Of a stretch of 64,000 bases of DNA, positions 40,601-55,000 are shown one piece after another; the stretch's first letter is position 1; each line of letters opens with the position of its first letter. The stretch lies in assembly GCF_001949145.1 (NCBI RefSeq), contig NW_019091357.1:624671-688670 (forward strand), in the 5' to 3' direction. The notes below the pieces were generated by a model. It saw only the letters and a program-made list of their open reading frames with translations. It searched no databases and had not been told where the DNA came from. Position numbers and translations under genes: made by a program. Source of the DNA: Acanthaster planci. Taxonomy: Eukaryota.

Positions 40601-43600
40601 TTGCATATTTTACTATCAAACCATTGGAGCAACTCTACATTTACCCAGTGGTATATTCCTTTAACTTGGCCATTTACCGATTCTTTTGCTTCATTTCAAG
40701 CTTATGTCTTTTCATAGTTAATGTATCCGAATACAATGTTGCTTAGAAGTCCATACCCTCCAGATTCCATATTTCATGCTGCCCCGGTTGAGATATGGGC
40801 TCCAAGGTCGAGTTTATTTCACCTTCAGCCCGTCTAATTACAAATTCATTCGGACCTCGACACGGACGGGTAAGAACATGGAGAACGGACAGTTGATATC
40901 AGTGTTTCGTGGTCGAAGTCAGTGCAGGTGGTTTGGCCAGGGTGGGGGGGGTGGTTGGTAGATGTGGAACAGCAGGGAGGAAGCAGGTGCCAAACGGAAG
41001 ATAATAGTGTGGATAGGCAGGATTTGAATAATTTGGGTGTTGCGATGATGGAGTCAATATTGATACCAATGTCAGCTTGTGAAGACTTTGGTGGTAATGT
41101 CCTGATGAGGTTCATAAATGGTCCAATGGTGACGAAAAATAATCACGAACAAAACCAGAAACGAAATCAAAATACCATGATAACGGTGCAGCATTTTATG
41201 TAACTTTCAGAACCGTATTTCAAACGTCTCTACAGACACACTGATACAACGATTAACGGATTTTTCCAGAAAACCTGGTGAAAGAAAAATACATTTCCCT
41301 TTGGTTCAGATTTTTGTTAATCTGTCATTTTTCCTGATATTTGGGGAGGCGAGGCCCATGTGGAAGGTTCAGTGTATTACATCATTCAATGCACCAGAGA
41401 ACAATTTTGGTAAGTCATGAAATTGGAGTTGCAGACGGACAGACGGATATGGTTAAAGATAAAGAGAATCGATGGTACCGATGGACTCTAGACCCAGACA
41501 TGGGGCACGGGGCTCGGCTAGGCCGATGGTACGACGGCAAGAGGAGACGGACTACACCGCCAGGAAATAGATAGTCCGGAGCAATAAAGAACCACTCACT
41601 TCACGAGCGAACCCTCCACGGGGATGGGAATAGGACAGGTGGAAGGCGGGACGAAGGTAATCACTTATCTACCCCCGGGTCCCAGCTACGGAGGGGGGAC
41701 TGCCGTTGGCGCCAGGCGAGCCGCAGGCCCGGAACGAGGAGGGGAAATTAAGCTGGCTGTGCTGCCAATGAACGGGGCTTCGTTTGGGTCAATACTGCGT
41801 GTCGAGCCGTGCTCGCACGGTGCTGTGATCTGGGGAGGGTATATGGGAAGATGGATGGACGGGGGGAGAGTGAAGTGAAGTAGATGACGGGACGGGGGCC
41901 TGGGTGATACGGGGGAGGCTTTTCGCGCCAGGGGATCGACATTATTACGAGGGTGGCTGAGGGTCGAAGGAAATTATGCAGAGACGAGACTTGCAGCATC
42001 AACTTAACGCTGACAGTCACAGCGAAGGTCTATTATGTCTGCACGGGTTGTATTGTGGATAAGAGATTTACCGCGACTGTATTATACCAGATCTTGTGTA
42101 TGAATTTTCATTTCAAATAGCAACCATTTCAGAGTCTGGCGACTTTCCTGTCTTGTTAATTCACTCTAACGCTTTCATAGGACAAAGCCAAATATCATGC
42201 GGCACACCAGACAATCCCGGACTACAGAAACGAGACAAAATTTATTTGTGTATTTCTTCCCCAAGCAAGAAGTCTGGGGTTATCAAAATCTCTTTTTTAG
42301 CGAAGAAAAACTCTGATTTTGAAGCACTCAGTTGGTTCGAAGTCCAGTGAAAATTGTTCATGCGATAAGACATTAAGGAAAGTCAATAATGAATCAGGTA
42401 TCAACAAACAATTATGCAATAGAAATCAACATTTCCTTAAAACAAGTACACTCGATAAATTTTGCAGAGAATAATAGTCTTGGAAGCATTTGATCGATAT
42501 CTCGCTTATTGTCATTTTAACGACTCTCGCGGTATCGCGCAGGCCACTTCACCAAATGCAGTGTCCACGTTGGGATGTTACTGCATCTACATCTATATAG
42601 TTTGCCGGCTCATCGTCCGGCGTGCAGTCTATCGCCTACAGATAACGCCGAAAAAAGAACCTCTTAATCCGGCCAGCCGATGCCTTGGTTGTCACGGGGG
42701 AGATGAGTTGAGGGCGTAGGGTAATGAAGTCTGGAGACGCGGCACCACGCGCTCAGCTGTCTATAACACCCCCGTCCTATCCTGAGCTGCGTAGGACAAA
42801 TCACCAGCTCAATAATGCGCCTCGTCAGCACCCTGTGTCTCATCCTTCATTCGGTGATAGATCATGTTTAACATGTGCCCTTATTCAAATAATGTGGCTC
42901 GCGATGATCGTCGATATTTTCGGCTGGAGAGAAAAGTACAGTTGTAGATTTGACACGCTCCGAATTTTAAGTGCAGGACGGGTTTTTAGAGCTGTCCTGA
43001 CAACTTCATGGCTAATACAAAAGTGTAATATGTTGGTACAAACACCGTTTAAAAAGGAAATGGTATTGTATTGGGTACTGTTATATAGAAAGGTATGCTT
43101 GAAAATAGACGACGATTGCAAAATGACCGTCCAGATCTGAAGTAATGTTTGAACTCCCTACCTGTTCCGCTAATAACAACGACCGTGGTGTTAAAATGTC
43201 GCGCCATTAAGATTAAGTAGTAAAACAACACGTGTCTTAAAGTGTCAAGTATTAACTGCCAATAGAGGGCGCGGTTATGTCTCAAGTTACTCTGGCTGAA
43301 GACTGAAGACGCTGTAGTTGTTCGAGTCGAGACAATCCAAACTTCGCTGCCAAGACTCATGAGAGCAACTTCTAAGAACTGATGTCAGAGGAGGCATACA
43401 AGCATCGCGAGATGATAGTCACGTACGACGGAAGACTGACATGCTCACTTCTGTTCCATTTGGAATCCAGGAAAACCAAACCACGCGCCATTGGTAGCTT
43501 TGTACGTACCTGACTTGCCATTTTACCTGTAAACATTTGCTTGTCCATGTTTCAGTTCTCTCATGGATGTATGAATCAAAATGTGAAGGGTATTTTTTTA

Positions 43601-43671
43601 GAGCGATATCGGGCAATCATGCATATGGCACATGGTTATTCTAGTTTCTGGGGACAAAACCAAACCAAGTT

Positions 43672-43825
43672 GGGGAGCCAGGTTGGCGTAGTGATTCTTT
43701 CCTTGCTTTCTGGGTTCAAATCCTTCCCGGTGCACAGGTGGACTGGGTTTTCAGTCCCAACTTTATTCCGTGTGGTTTACCCAGAACATTTCTCTGGGGT
43801 TTTTCTCCCACCTCTAAAATTGTAA
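43672..43825 (+). mobile_element. tRNA-derived SINE (V-SINE-like body)
   Basis: A-box-like TGGCGTAGTG, B-box GGTTCAAATCC (43713-43723), then a ...CTCTGGGGTTTTTCTCCCAC body and a CTAAAA tail. Confidence 0.62.
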
Positions 43826-45925
43826 CTGCTTCTCATTGTTTCCTCTCTACATGTTTTTTCAAGGCTTGCGAGCTACAGTGCTTAGGGCACTTTTGGAGAA
43901 TCCAACTTTGTCTATTTTCACAAAAGGACAAAAAACATTCGGCGAGGAGGCCCGGAGAAGTGTGAATACTGATGGGTTTACCATTTATTACGGCAAAATG
44001 ATTATGCACGTTGTTTTGAGAAAGGCCAAACCTGACTGGGACTTGAACGCAGGTCTATATCCTGAAGCCGTTTGGCCCGCATTTATAGCTTGCATTTGCA
44101 TGTTTTTCTAAACAGTTGATGGTATACTTTGCAACGTCTGTGCCTGGTCGTTAAAAGTGCAGGCTGGGGTTGGCACACATATGAGGCCCAGTTAAACAGT
44201 TCACTCGGTATAAAGGTGCGCATTGGGTCACTGTTTTTTTCCAGATCGCTATATATTTCAGGCTCGTACTTAACCCTCATCTGTGACTTAATAAACCACG
44301 CTGACAAGTTGCATTGCCTGCGCAGACACGACTCTTGATCAGTAAGACTAGATTTAACGTTCACTGTTTGCATATCCGTCTGCCAATATGATAAAGCTTT
44401 ACCCTATTTTAATGAAAGCACCCTATCATGGAAAGCCCGTTGCTTAATGTTACTCTTCCAAGGGTTGCGTGTTCCACACTCGGACTGTGCGCCATGTCAT
44501 AAATTTCTTTGTTGAAATCTACCTATGTTCCCGTAGCAATTTCATTTCCATTTTTATTCATAGTCTGAGCTAGCCTAACGTGAACTGTCTGTCACATGCC
44601 AGTGTTCAAGGTAAAGTTGCACCATGAAAGGTCGAGGACTTGGAGCCTTAATGGAACTCAGTCACCCCCACTCTATCTGGGCACAGAGAGGTAGGGGCAA
44701 AACATGGCGGAGTTGTCACACGCTGTACATTTAGAAAAGCCTTTAGTGCATAACCTATTGTGTTTAGTGAGATGGTTGAACACAAATAACAGGGAATATG
44801 AGTCACGACGATGATCAGTGTGAAAAAATACTATGATTTTTACCAGGCAAACGACTGTACTCAAGTCAATGCGAATTTGAAATTGGTAACGACGGCACTC
44901 GTCGAAAATAATTCTGCATTCTGAGATTTGTTGAACAGAGGTGGGAGGGATTACTTATAAACTTTCTTTTGGATAGATGCTTTACCTTAGATGGATTATT
45001 AAAAGTCATTTCCTGTTATGGTTCCAAATCGGATATGGACTAATTGATGCCATTCAACTGCAGAAATATTGAGAGTTAATTGCACTGACATTAGGAAAGC
45101 GTTTGAGTAAACGCAACCTCCAATAGCCAGTCCAGAAATGGGAACGATAAAATAATTGCTTGAAATACAGATTTGGGCAATTCATCCATATTGTTTAGAT
45201 GGAGCTTATAAAAAACAAATGAAAAATACGGCTGCTGTAAGTCCGATTCTGGGTGCAAAGATTCTGCCCAAGTAGCCCAGCTATGAGCGCCAATGTGGAC
45301 AGAAACGACAAATGGTAACAGACCTAAAGGAACTTTACCAATTATTTACGGCCTGCAGGTGTACATTAAGGCTTGGGAAAAAACTGTCCTAATTATGTTG
45401 GGTCCAACTACTAGCGGTATATCGCTTAAGATATGCCCTGCTTATTGCGACGAGTCACGTCATGTATCTAATTCGCTCAAACGCCGTACGTATTCTACTT
45501 TAAGTGCTGGACACTTCGGCGGCACATTGTGCGACACGTACCCAGCCAATGCATCCGCCAACGTTTTTAAATAAAGAGCGGGCTTGCGGGGCTCGCGGGG
45601 CTCGCGGGTATGCGCGAGCACCTCATTAATATTAATGACAATCTTCACGGTTGAGCAAGCTATTAATATGCATGATCCTGAATACCAAAAGAACTCAGCC
45701 TACCTAATGCCACGCAAGCAAGTTACGGACATTCATGAGTAGTCTCGGCGTCAGAGTAAGCTGCACATGCTTGAACAAACCATTATAAATATTAATTATT
45801 TATCAGCCTAATATCAGCTTCAAGGAAGCCATTCTGAAAGAAGACGATTTCAGCTCTCTGTCTATAGATCCATTGTCTAGCGCGCTACCAGGATGGTCAA
45901 GGACGCAGTGAATATGTAATCATCT

Positions 45926-45939
45926 GTTACCATGGCAAT
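45926..45939. promoter_or_regulatory. RFX X-box motif
   Basis: GTTACCATGGCAAT at the 5' end of NOL4-like intron 1. Confidence 0.42.
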
Positions 45940-46424
45940 CATACACAAAATGATGCACCCAAACAATGGCGTCGTTTAATATACCGCCAGGCTGGACCCA
46001 AACATAATAAAAAGGGCCAGTTGGAGCTTGAACGGACGACGGTACGAACAATGGAGGCTGAATTTGTTATCACACGATCGTCTATCCTGACAAAAACATA
46101 CAAACTGCGAACTGGCATTCAGTGTAGGATGTCTAAACGTACATTTCATTCATTCTTTTGCTGTTTAGAGATGCAACTATCTGATTAATATAAATGACGT
46201 GATAGTTACTTGAACCTCTGATACGTTGAGAATTCTACATTAAAAATGGACTGAGGGTCACTGGCTTCCAATTTGAAGCTGTATGAGAACAAACATCATT
46301 ATAGCACATGTCAAGTTCAGCTGATTTGTTTTTCAGATCGATTGTTTCATGGTACATATATAATGGAACCACGATGGGTCAAACTGTCGCAACAAAAATC
46401 ACTTCAAGGTTTTTCGGCACCTAC

Positions 46425-46694
46425 CGTTGTTTTGACGGGCACAAACAGAACCTCCTTCGGCCCCCCTCGCTGTCTCTTGCCTGGAGTCCCAAGTTTGAAT
46501 CCTTTGGCACGCACCCAGAACCGAAACTTGGTGCTCTCTGCACCAGCTGGGCCCGGGCTACCACGTAGGAACCCGGTAATTCTCTCGTACTTGCGACGAG
46601 TCACTGTCTTCGTCTTCCCGCTGTCTCCGTAGTTCTGGAGAGCCCAGTTCTGGTAGCGGGACCTCATGTCTGAGCTCCGCTCTAGCGAACTCAT
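46425..46694 (-). CDS. NOL4: Nucleolar protein 4 / NOL4-like, coding exon 1 (90 codons)
   Basis: Translates to MSSLERSSDMRSRYQNWALQNYGDSGKTKTVTRRKYERI...KFRFWVRAKGF...VLFVPVKTT, which matches the NOL4/NOL4L N-terminus as I recall it (YGDSGKTKTVTRxKY, FxFWVxxKGF, VLxVPVK). Phase-0 donor ACG|GTAGGT at 46424. Confidence 0.93.
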
Positions 46695-49600
46695 GTGACA
46701 CGTTCCACAAAAATATACTCAAGTCTAAGAAATCCCAGCCCACAAAAAGAGCGTCCTTAAAAGCTTTGATCAAAATCTGTCTAAAGTATAGTGATCTTTG
46801 ATACTAGTGACTTCTCACTCAAGACAGATGCTGTTCACAAGTTTTCACGCGGGCATTTGGGGTGTGGGAAGGATGGCCAGTGTATTCTTCTATGCTTCTT
46901 GCAACCTTCACTCGCTCTGGTTACCGGTTTTCAGCTCCTCGTTGTCGAGAAAACCCTAATCGATCACTTTCACTCAAGCAAGCCTTGATGTAACACAGTG
47001 TTCTGCGTTCAATTCTTCGTGTTCACATCAACACGGTGCTTGTTGTGTCTACGTTTATCTCGGTAGGTCTAATGACGATCGCTCTTTTGGCAAGACGCCG
47101 AAATAAAGTCTGCTGACCAATGCTAAATGTCCCGAGTGCACTCAAGAAAAGTTCCGCCAAGCCATTGAGGGATTGGTTACGAATTCTGAGTCTGGCCAGT
47201 CAGGGTAGGCCTCGTATGTATCGGTTGGCCTCCCCGTTCAAATTTGACCAAAGGAACCACGGTGGCCTGACGTTTTATTGCAGGCGAGAAGGAATGAAGT
47301 CTGAGCGTCCCATGCGCGGATCAAACCACAGCAGGACCTAGGGTGAACTCCAACACGTTCACCGGGCTAGGATTTCGTAAACATTTCCCCGCGAAGGGAG
47401 CAAAACAATCCAAGGGGCTGATAATGAAGCCGAGTTCTCGATGTAAGGCAACACTGACTGGGTGGGTATGACTTGCAAGGGTGCGTCCTCTGCCCCGATC
47501 ACTACTGGCCCGGTGCGTTGACGGTGGAGGAAATGAGGCTACCAAGCAGTGGCGCAAAGAAACATTAGCAATACCCTGAACTACGACTCAGGTTAAGGCT
47601 GTCGATTGTTACAGGGATCACTCCAAACGCCGTCCAAAGGTCCTGCTCGTAGCACTTAATTTCACAATTCCACTGAATTGGCTGATACTCTCGGCAAAAA
47701 ACTAAATCTGTCCATTATAATCTGTAGATAGACAATTTCACATTTTCCCCTTCGCGTTTCTGGATAGGACGAACTGCAGATGCTTTATAGAACAGGTTTT
47801 TGTCACTGAAATGTTGGATCTCAATCTCACCGTGTCCAGAAATCCTTTTCGTCCCGCTTGCGATTATCATAGTCCTCGCGTCCCGCGAATAATTCGAGCA
47901 CCCAATGCGAGCACTCCAACTACAGGGAAAAAACCGCTAGACTTTCAGGTTCGCTGCGTCAAATTGGCTGGCGATGTGGGAGCCCGCGAGATAGAGAGAA
48001 CACGCATAACACTCTCGGGTCACCGCTGGAGCCACGGCCCGTCGACGCTGAGAGACAGGGGAAAAATAATACAAAACGGAGGGTACGGGACAGACTGAAT
48101 CCCCTCTCGGTAGATCAGGTCTAACTGGGGCTTGGGGCATTCACACTAGCTCCGCCCTACACTGACAGTAAAGCAATGGGGGAAAAAATCAACGAAAACC
48201 ATAAAAAAAATAACCGCCGCGCGAGGACTGTCGCTGTACCGGCCGCACGAAATTATTCAACCGCCTCGTGGGCTGTTCCCCACGACCGAACGATCAACAT
48301 CGGCGCTTCTCGCCAGAATTTGCCCTTCTACCGCCCACTCTAAGTCCACTCGTGCCCGGTCTGCCCGATCGCTGCTGTTGGAGGAGATAAAAAACATACA
48401 CGAGTGAGCACGTGCATCAGTAATGAGTAGATTTTTTTTTATACCTTGCCCGGGACAGGGCTTTTCTTTTTTAATGGCCATCCTGCGGAGCCGATACCAC
48501 TCAACCAGGTATGTGTTTAATGGCGCGATGCCACCGGTAGCCATTATCATTACTATCAGAACTGCTAGCTTTCGACCTGAGTGATGACTGCTCGCTGGTG
48601 CGTCATCATTGGTGGATCAACAACAAAAGTTACCACGAGACGAGCTCAGCGCAGAAGCTAGGCAGCTGTCCCGGATTGGGATGCTGTGCTGCTTGCCTTG
48701 TCTCGGATTATTGCATATTCATATAATAACGCGTCTCCTCCCTGCTTCTCCATGGGTCGTATATAATTCGTTGCCTAGCTGCACGCTCTGTACACTTCCA
48801 ATGTCGAGGCTGAAGTAATAAAGGCGCTCCCGCCATAACAACACACCGAGCCAGGCCGATACCGCTCTCGATCGGTTTTACATGTTACCCCTTTCCATCC
48901 CCACCACGCTCGTATACATCGCCTGCCCGGAACTTCTATTAACCTCAGGAACGATGTAATTTCGTTCCGTAGGGGGACGCACACCCTTAATATTTTCGCG
49001 CAAAAAAGGGGAGCACAATCGATACTGGAGTACTCGGAGAGAAGACCACATAGACAGAAGCCGACAAGGCGATGGAACGTGATCGGCTGTGCAATTTTTT
49101 CTACCGCCATTTCCCTCTTCCACCCCCCCCCCGACAGGACGAGGAGGCTTCGCGCCAATTTTGCAGTCGGACCTTTTTTTTCTAGTGATTTTTTTTTCTG
49201 GGGACGCTTAGCTCAGTGTGCTGATAGCTATGGCACAACGAGGCTGAAAATACGCATGGGACAAATTCATTTCGGTCTCAGGGCGGTGTGTCTGGGTGTG
49301 TGTGTGTGTGGGGGGGTAGATTTTGTTGGGCCAGGGAGAATTTAACAGTCGTCGGTCCGGGAATACTTCGTGATAGGCTTTAGAGAAGCGGTCAAGCACA
49401 AGGCAATCAACTGGACAACCCCACTGCTTCTTTTATAAGGGATCGATAGACTTCCCTTCCAAGTTTGATTGCACCCAGTATTGTTTTGTCCCAGCTTTAG
49501 CTATCACAACACAAAATGAACAGACAGATTCATGTGGTTTAACTCAGCGGGAAGAAGCAGAAAGATTGTTAAAATAAGAAAGAAAAGAAGACGAACAAAA

Positions 49601-50003
49601 TCGACCGGTAATGATCATGTTACAAGTGGGCGGGACTGAGTTTGAGCATGTGGATTAAATTGGTGTGCTCAACATATAACAATAAAGGACTAGCCGTCAC
49701 CGTATTTCAGGGTTTCGGTTTGAAAACAATCCCAACCGAGGTTTAGTTTCACCTCGTGGAGTCCCATTACTAACAACAGCCGGCCACCTCAGTTAACTCG
49801 GGCTGTAATTTCCCTGTTGCGTGCGTGCTCATATTGTTTCATTTTGAAACTGCGCAGAATTATGCTCAAAACCTTTCAGCTCGATCGGAGAACCTTGTTG
49901 GCAACAACTTCCGAATTTCCTTGGATTTTCCTACTTCGTCTAACCCATTGGCAGAGATCCCCGGGGATGGTGGGTGATATATACCCCACTTTTGACCTAG
50001 GGG

Positions 50004-50202
50004 CAGTGGCGTAACTGGGTGGGAGGGGGTCACTTGCCCCCAAGCGAATGGCCATGCCCCGCTTGCCCCCCCCCCTTTGAAATCCATGAACAACCTCTGC
50101 TGCTTTTTTCTTGGGGGATGGGGAGAGGGGGTTACCAGTGTGATCACCCCCCACACACTTTTGAAGTCACTGACTGTGGGCATCCTATTGCCTGCACCAC
50201 TG
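50004..50202. mobile_element. hAT-type non-autonomous element, diverged relative of 18164-18343
   Basis: Starts CAGTGGCGTAACT, shares the internal block TTTGAAATCCATGAACAACCTCTGCTGC, and ends CCTGCACCACTG. No TSD is visible. Confidence 0.72.
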
Positions 50203-52000
50203 ACTGTGCACTTGCCAGCATCACGACCTCACCTGGGATGGAGGCCGTGCTAAGCTTTCAGAAATCTCCCCCCCCCCACACACACACACGCGTGACAAGA
50301 AATCTCCACCCATGGTAACACCTATTAATTCGAAGTCACAAGCGTGTCTGAGAGACTGATTAAGGTTTTCGAGGGTTTACATGCATTACAGTTAGTCATT
50401 AGTCATGTCGATAGGTTGCTACGATTTTTTTCCCTTCCGTCAACGGCTTTGTGATGGCATGATTGGTTGGAATCAGATCTGAACACGAGTACTTAAAAAA
50501 TATAGAAATGGAATGTGGGAACCAGGTGCGCGTGCGTATTAGTCATTCGGACAGCTTTGGCACGATGTAAACCGATCACAGAACAATGGCAATGGATTGG
50601 CTGGACGCCCAACGACACCATCGGGTATCTGCGGCATGCGATTGCGGGTTTTTGTTTTTTTCTCGGCGCCGAGTCGCTCTCCACGCAGTGGACCCGAACG
50701 CGCGGTATACGGGTACACCAAAGTATAGAACGAGATTTCCTGATTTGTTTAGCCTGGCGAAATCCTCTCCAACAGCACTAGATATTACTGACGTTAAAGG
50801 AAAACTGGTTTGGGATTCTTACAAGCTAGTGTCTAGGTTTCCATCCCGTCTTGGGGCAAAGCGAGATTAAATTTTGGACGAGTCGCATGATGTCTTTCAT
50901 GGCTGCATACGGAATGCAGACAACTTTACCGTAGACTTGAATGATGTTCGAATTGCAATATTGCCGGACACGTAAAATACCCAAGCTGTGCATTATGTAT
51001 GATGAGTTTCCGGAAATCATATTTTCCTTACATCAAATAATTCATTGGACATTTTTAATTTCACCTTTTGGTTTATATTCTAATCAATAAAAAATTTCTA
51101 TACCTTTACACAGAATTGGTTTGTTCATAATTGTGACTGAGCTATGACAACCGTTTCGCTCTTGTTTTCACAGTTTAAAAATTTACTTTCATCTGCTGTT
51201 TCAATATATCTTATTCTTTTCTCTTGTGTGTTCACACCATTGTTTAAAAGGAAACCTCTTTCCCTGGTTTTATCTGAAGTTTTTGTTTTTTTCTCAATCT
51301 TTCTCTTCAGGTCTCTCGTTATATTTTATGAAAATCAAATGCTATGTCAGCAGAAATAAAGATGATACCGCAAACAGTCATAATCTTTCACATGAAAGTA
51401 GTTTTGTCTAAACTTTTAAAGAGGCATTCCCTCAAAGATATTGTAACTGCATCTGCATTGTCGGGACATAGGGGTTGATAATCAGTTTATTCCTTACATG
51501 CACGAGCTGGGAAAACATGGGCCGTTTCGGTTTGTACTTGAGCCGCTGGTGGCTCCGCGTAACGACAGATGACACTTAGACCACTTCATCTCATCCTGTT
51601 TCACCATCTATTTAAAAGGTTGACCTGCTGTACCAAGTGAAAGCGTTTCCAATTTTGGTAGCATGGGAAATTGTCTGCTATAAGAATGAGGCTTCAGTGA
51701 GCCCAGCTCTGACAATTACCAGGAGACTAAATCATGAAACGGACTTTAAGCCAAAAACTTTGAAAAAGCTGTTATTTGGAAAACCCTGGTGACCTACTAT
51801 ACCGCGACTGGCTGCTGTGTGTTTCTTCATCGTCCTATGTACGGGGAAATGTCTTAAACGACGAAAATGCATGAAATATGGGTGTTTACTGTATAGTCCT
51901 CATTAACACCAACCCAGCAACGTACGATCGGCCCCCATGCAACAAATATCCTCGGCCTTGTAGAGCCCACACCAGCCAGCACAGCGCTGGAAAATTACAC

Positions 52001-52014
52001 GTTACCATGGTGAC
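52001..52014. promoter_or_regulatory. RFX X-box motif
   Basis: GTTACCATGGTGAC, a near-palindromic X-box between the divergent genes. Confidence 0.45.
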
Positions 52015-55000
52015 GCATCATCGAGTGAGCCGTGCAAGGGCCTAGCCTAAAATGCTGTCTCAGGGCCTGCCGCGGTAGAAGCGGGAGAGGAAAGAGTTGG
52101 CCTGACTGCGTCTCGCCCTGCCATAGCCGTGGTGATTGGAGGGGGGGAGGTCGGTCGTCATAACATAATACATGATAATGGGAGGGGATGGGTCGCCCTG
52201 GTCGAGACCGTGTTACGGCCCGCTGCGTAACAAATTACCGAAATGGCCTCGTGGGACCACAATGGCGGGTTGTTCGCGCTTGGCTTACAGCGCAGTATTG
52301 TGGGCTGATGCAACGGGCTGGCGGCACGCTGCAGCACAGGCCCAGGGGAAAAACAGTAAGCTGGCTGTCCAACTCCCTTGCTCACCTCACAGAGAGTGGG
52401 TGGTTTGATCATGCAAGATTCACTGAGAAAAACATCACGAGATTCTCACCTTATGAGTCTCGAGCTTAACCGAGAGAGGGCGTAATTTTCAGAGCAACGG
52501 AGGCTCCTTTGGTCGGAACTGAACTTCGTTGGTTCACGCAGGGCTATGAAATGCACGCGATACGGTCGCACCGCTACCAACAAAATGAATACTCCTGACC
52601 AATGTGACTCTTTTCAACCGATGAGGGGTACTTCTGCTCGAGGCGGATTATCCATGAAGTAAGTTCACTTCAAAACAAGAATTCAGAGCACAATCATTTT
52701 TCCAGAAATTATGTGTCGGACATTTTACTTCGTATGGTATAGATCTCTAATGTCTCAAGTACTTGAAGTCAGTCATTCAGTGAAAATAGGAAAAATAATT
52801 AAGAACTGTAGATTTGTCACTGATAACCACCTCTGTGCAGAACAGGAATATACTTAGTTCAAATTTGTTCTTTTGTCCGGGTTTTGACTGGCGACGCGGG
52901 ACGAGGCATCTGAACCTTTTTCTGGATCGAAAATGCAAGACATGCACTTCAGAAGTTCACTAAATTCGGCCCGTTCTGTGATTTGGCCCAGCAACGAGTC
53001 TGATCTGCATGCCCATCACTCTGGCCGGCATGTCCGGGGGGCAATCGCCTCCCTCCCTCCCGCCTTCGGAAAACACGAGAAAAACTCTTGAAAAACCAGT
53101 GACAAAAAACCCGAAAGAAGAAAACAGTAATTTCTTCGATTCTCCTCTCTTCCCCCATCTCAACAAGCGCACTAAAAAAAAGTGGGTCGAATTGGGGGAA
53201 AGGACCACTTGGAGGTACATTCTAGACTCACATTGGCCACTTCACGATGATTACTTGCTGGCTATAGGATAGCCCGTGGATAGACCGTCCATTAACCGCT
53301 GAAGGACCAGGGGTAGCGCGCCTGGGGCCCCGGGGCAAATTCGATGCGTGTGAGGGGGGGCTTCTTGTTTTTCCCTGGCGTAGAGGTATGTAGTGTCTGA
53401 AGCAGTCTGTGGTAAATCCATTGCTCCGTTTCAGAAGTTTTCCAATTCGTGGCATGGATCCGACGGAGACAGCGAGAGAAAAACAATCCAATATTTCTGG
53501 AATTTGAGGAATCATCACGAAAAAATGGATCGAATTTAGCGTATACAATGTCGTCATTTTGAGCTAAGTTGAAAATAAATTTTCTTGAAAACAGAACTTT
53601 AAAATAAAGAATCGCTGACGCAAACAATGTACTATTTTATCAGCCACGGGTTGATGATAAGTCAACAAATTGAGAAAAAATGTAGGCCCTTAAGGCTCAC
53701 CGTTTCGACAATTAAAGGGTACCCCTTGGGAGATGCAAATATGTTCTCTGAGACACTGTATTGCCACTTGTCTAATTGATTTACAGAGACATTGCTACTA
53801 CTTCAGTGCTGCATACGGTCATACGATCCTGTTGATCCAATACTGTTTACTTGTAGAGAAATGCTCAACCTGATGAGCAAACCAATTCTTTGACCCCCTC
53901 CGATTATCCTCAGCTTTCATCACCGTTTGGAGTTTCCCTCTTTTTCGCCAAATGCAACATCTGCTAATAGGTTGAAGGTGCCAAAACGTTGGCAAGTGAA
54001 GGGAGGGGCGTGACGATCCCCCATCTCTGAGCTCATCTGTACTTTCAAAATATCTACTGATAAATGTGACAATAAATTATGTAGCCAGTTCAGCGCAGGG
54101 TATAAAATAATGTAAAAAGAATGGAACAAAATGAAGACGAAATTACAAAAGTGCGGCTGGCCAGGTGCATAGGCAAGATTGTGGATTTGTTATTCAAAGC
54201 TCTGTGTGAGGACAATGTCATAAAAACGGCCGTAATTGATAAAGATACAATGATCACTCTCTCTCCCTTATCGCCGGTCGGGACGGTCTGTAGGCACTCA
54301 TCAACTGCCGGCTGTACAGCGCGTGTTTTGCGGAGCCACTCTCTGTTCTAGAGGCTTCAAAAGCCCGCCTCTTTCTCAACCTCAACCAGCGGGTCTAAGA
54401 GCCATCACGCACCGGCTACAATTAATCATGACTCCCTCATTGCATTCACCTCTCTGTCCGCACTCTCCTCACCGACTTCATCGTCCTTTTTTCTCAGTTT
54501 AAATTTCCCAGCCTTGTCCTAGCCGGCGGGGTCGAAACCTCCACTTTGCACGGAGCGGGAAGAGCCCCACCGTGGGCATAAATTAACGTACTAAGAAATT
54601 GGCAGAAATGGGTCGAATCTCTCTGCTTTTTCTTCCCCGAGTTGCCCATTGAAGCTGCAGCTCTCTCTCTCTCTCGGTATGGCTGCGAATCCCCTGAACG
54701 CAGGACTTGGCTGTTTGGGCTGTTCAGGTTCTGTCCCGTGCGTGTTGCGCGGAGCAAACCACAGCCAAACTAGGTCAATTAACAGAAGAGGAGACTCAGA
54801 CACCAGTATCTCGCGCTATCGTGCCCGTGTTGTCCCGAGACCCTATTTTGTGCCTGTGTCCCTGTACCGTGTGGGTAGGCCGTCCTATCGAGCTTGCTCA
54901 TTAATTTGTATGAATACACATTTTTATGGTGATATACTCATCTTGTACATTTGGGAAAATTTTTTGACTTAAAATGGAAATTAGACATAAAGTAACGTTG

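Noticed and set aside
42724..43140. 138-aa ORF on +
   Set aside because: No domain or splice support; antisense in NOL4-like intron 1.
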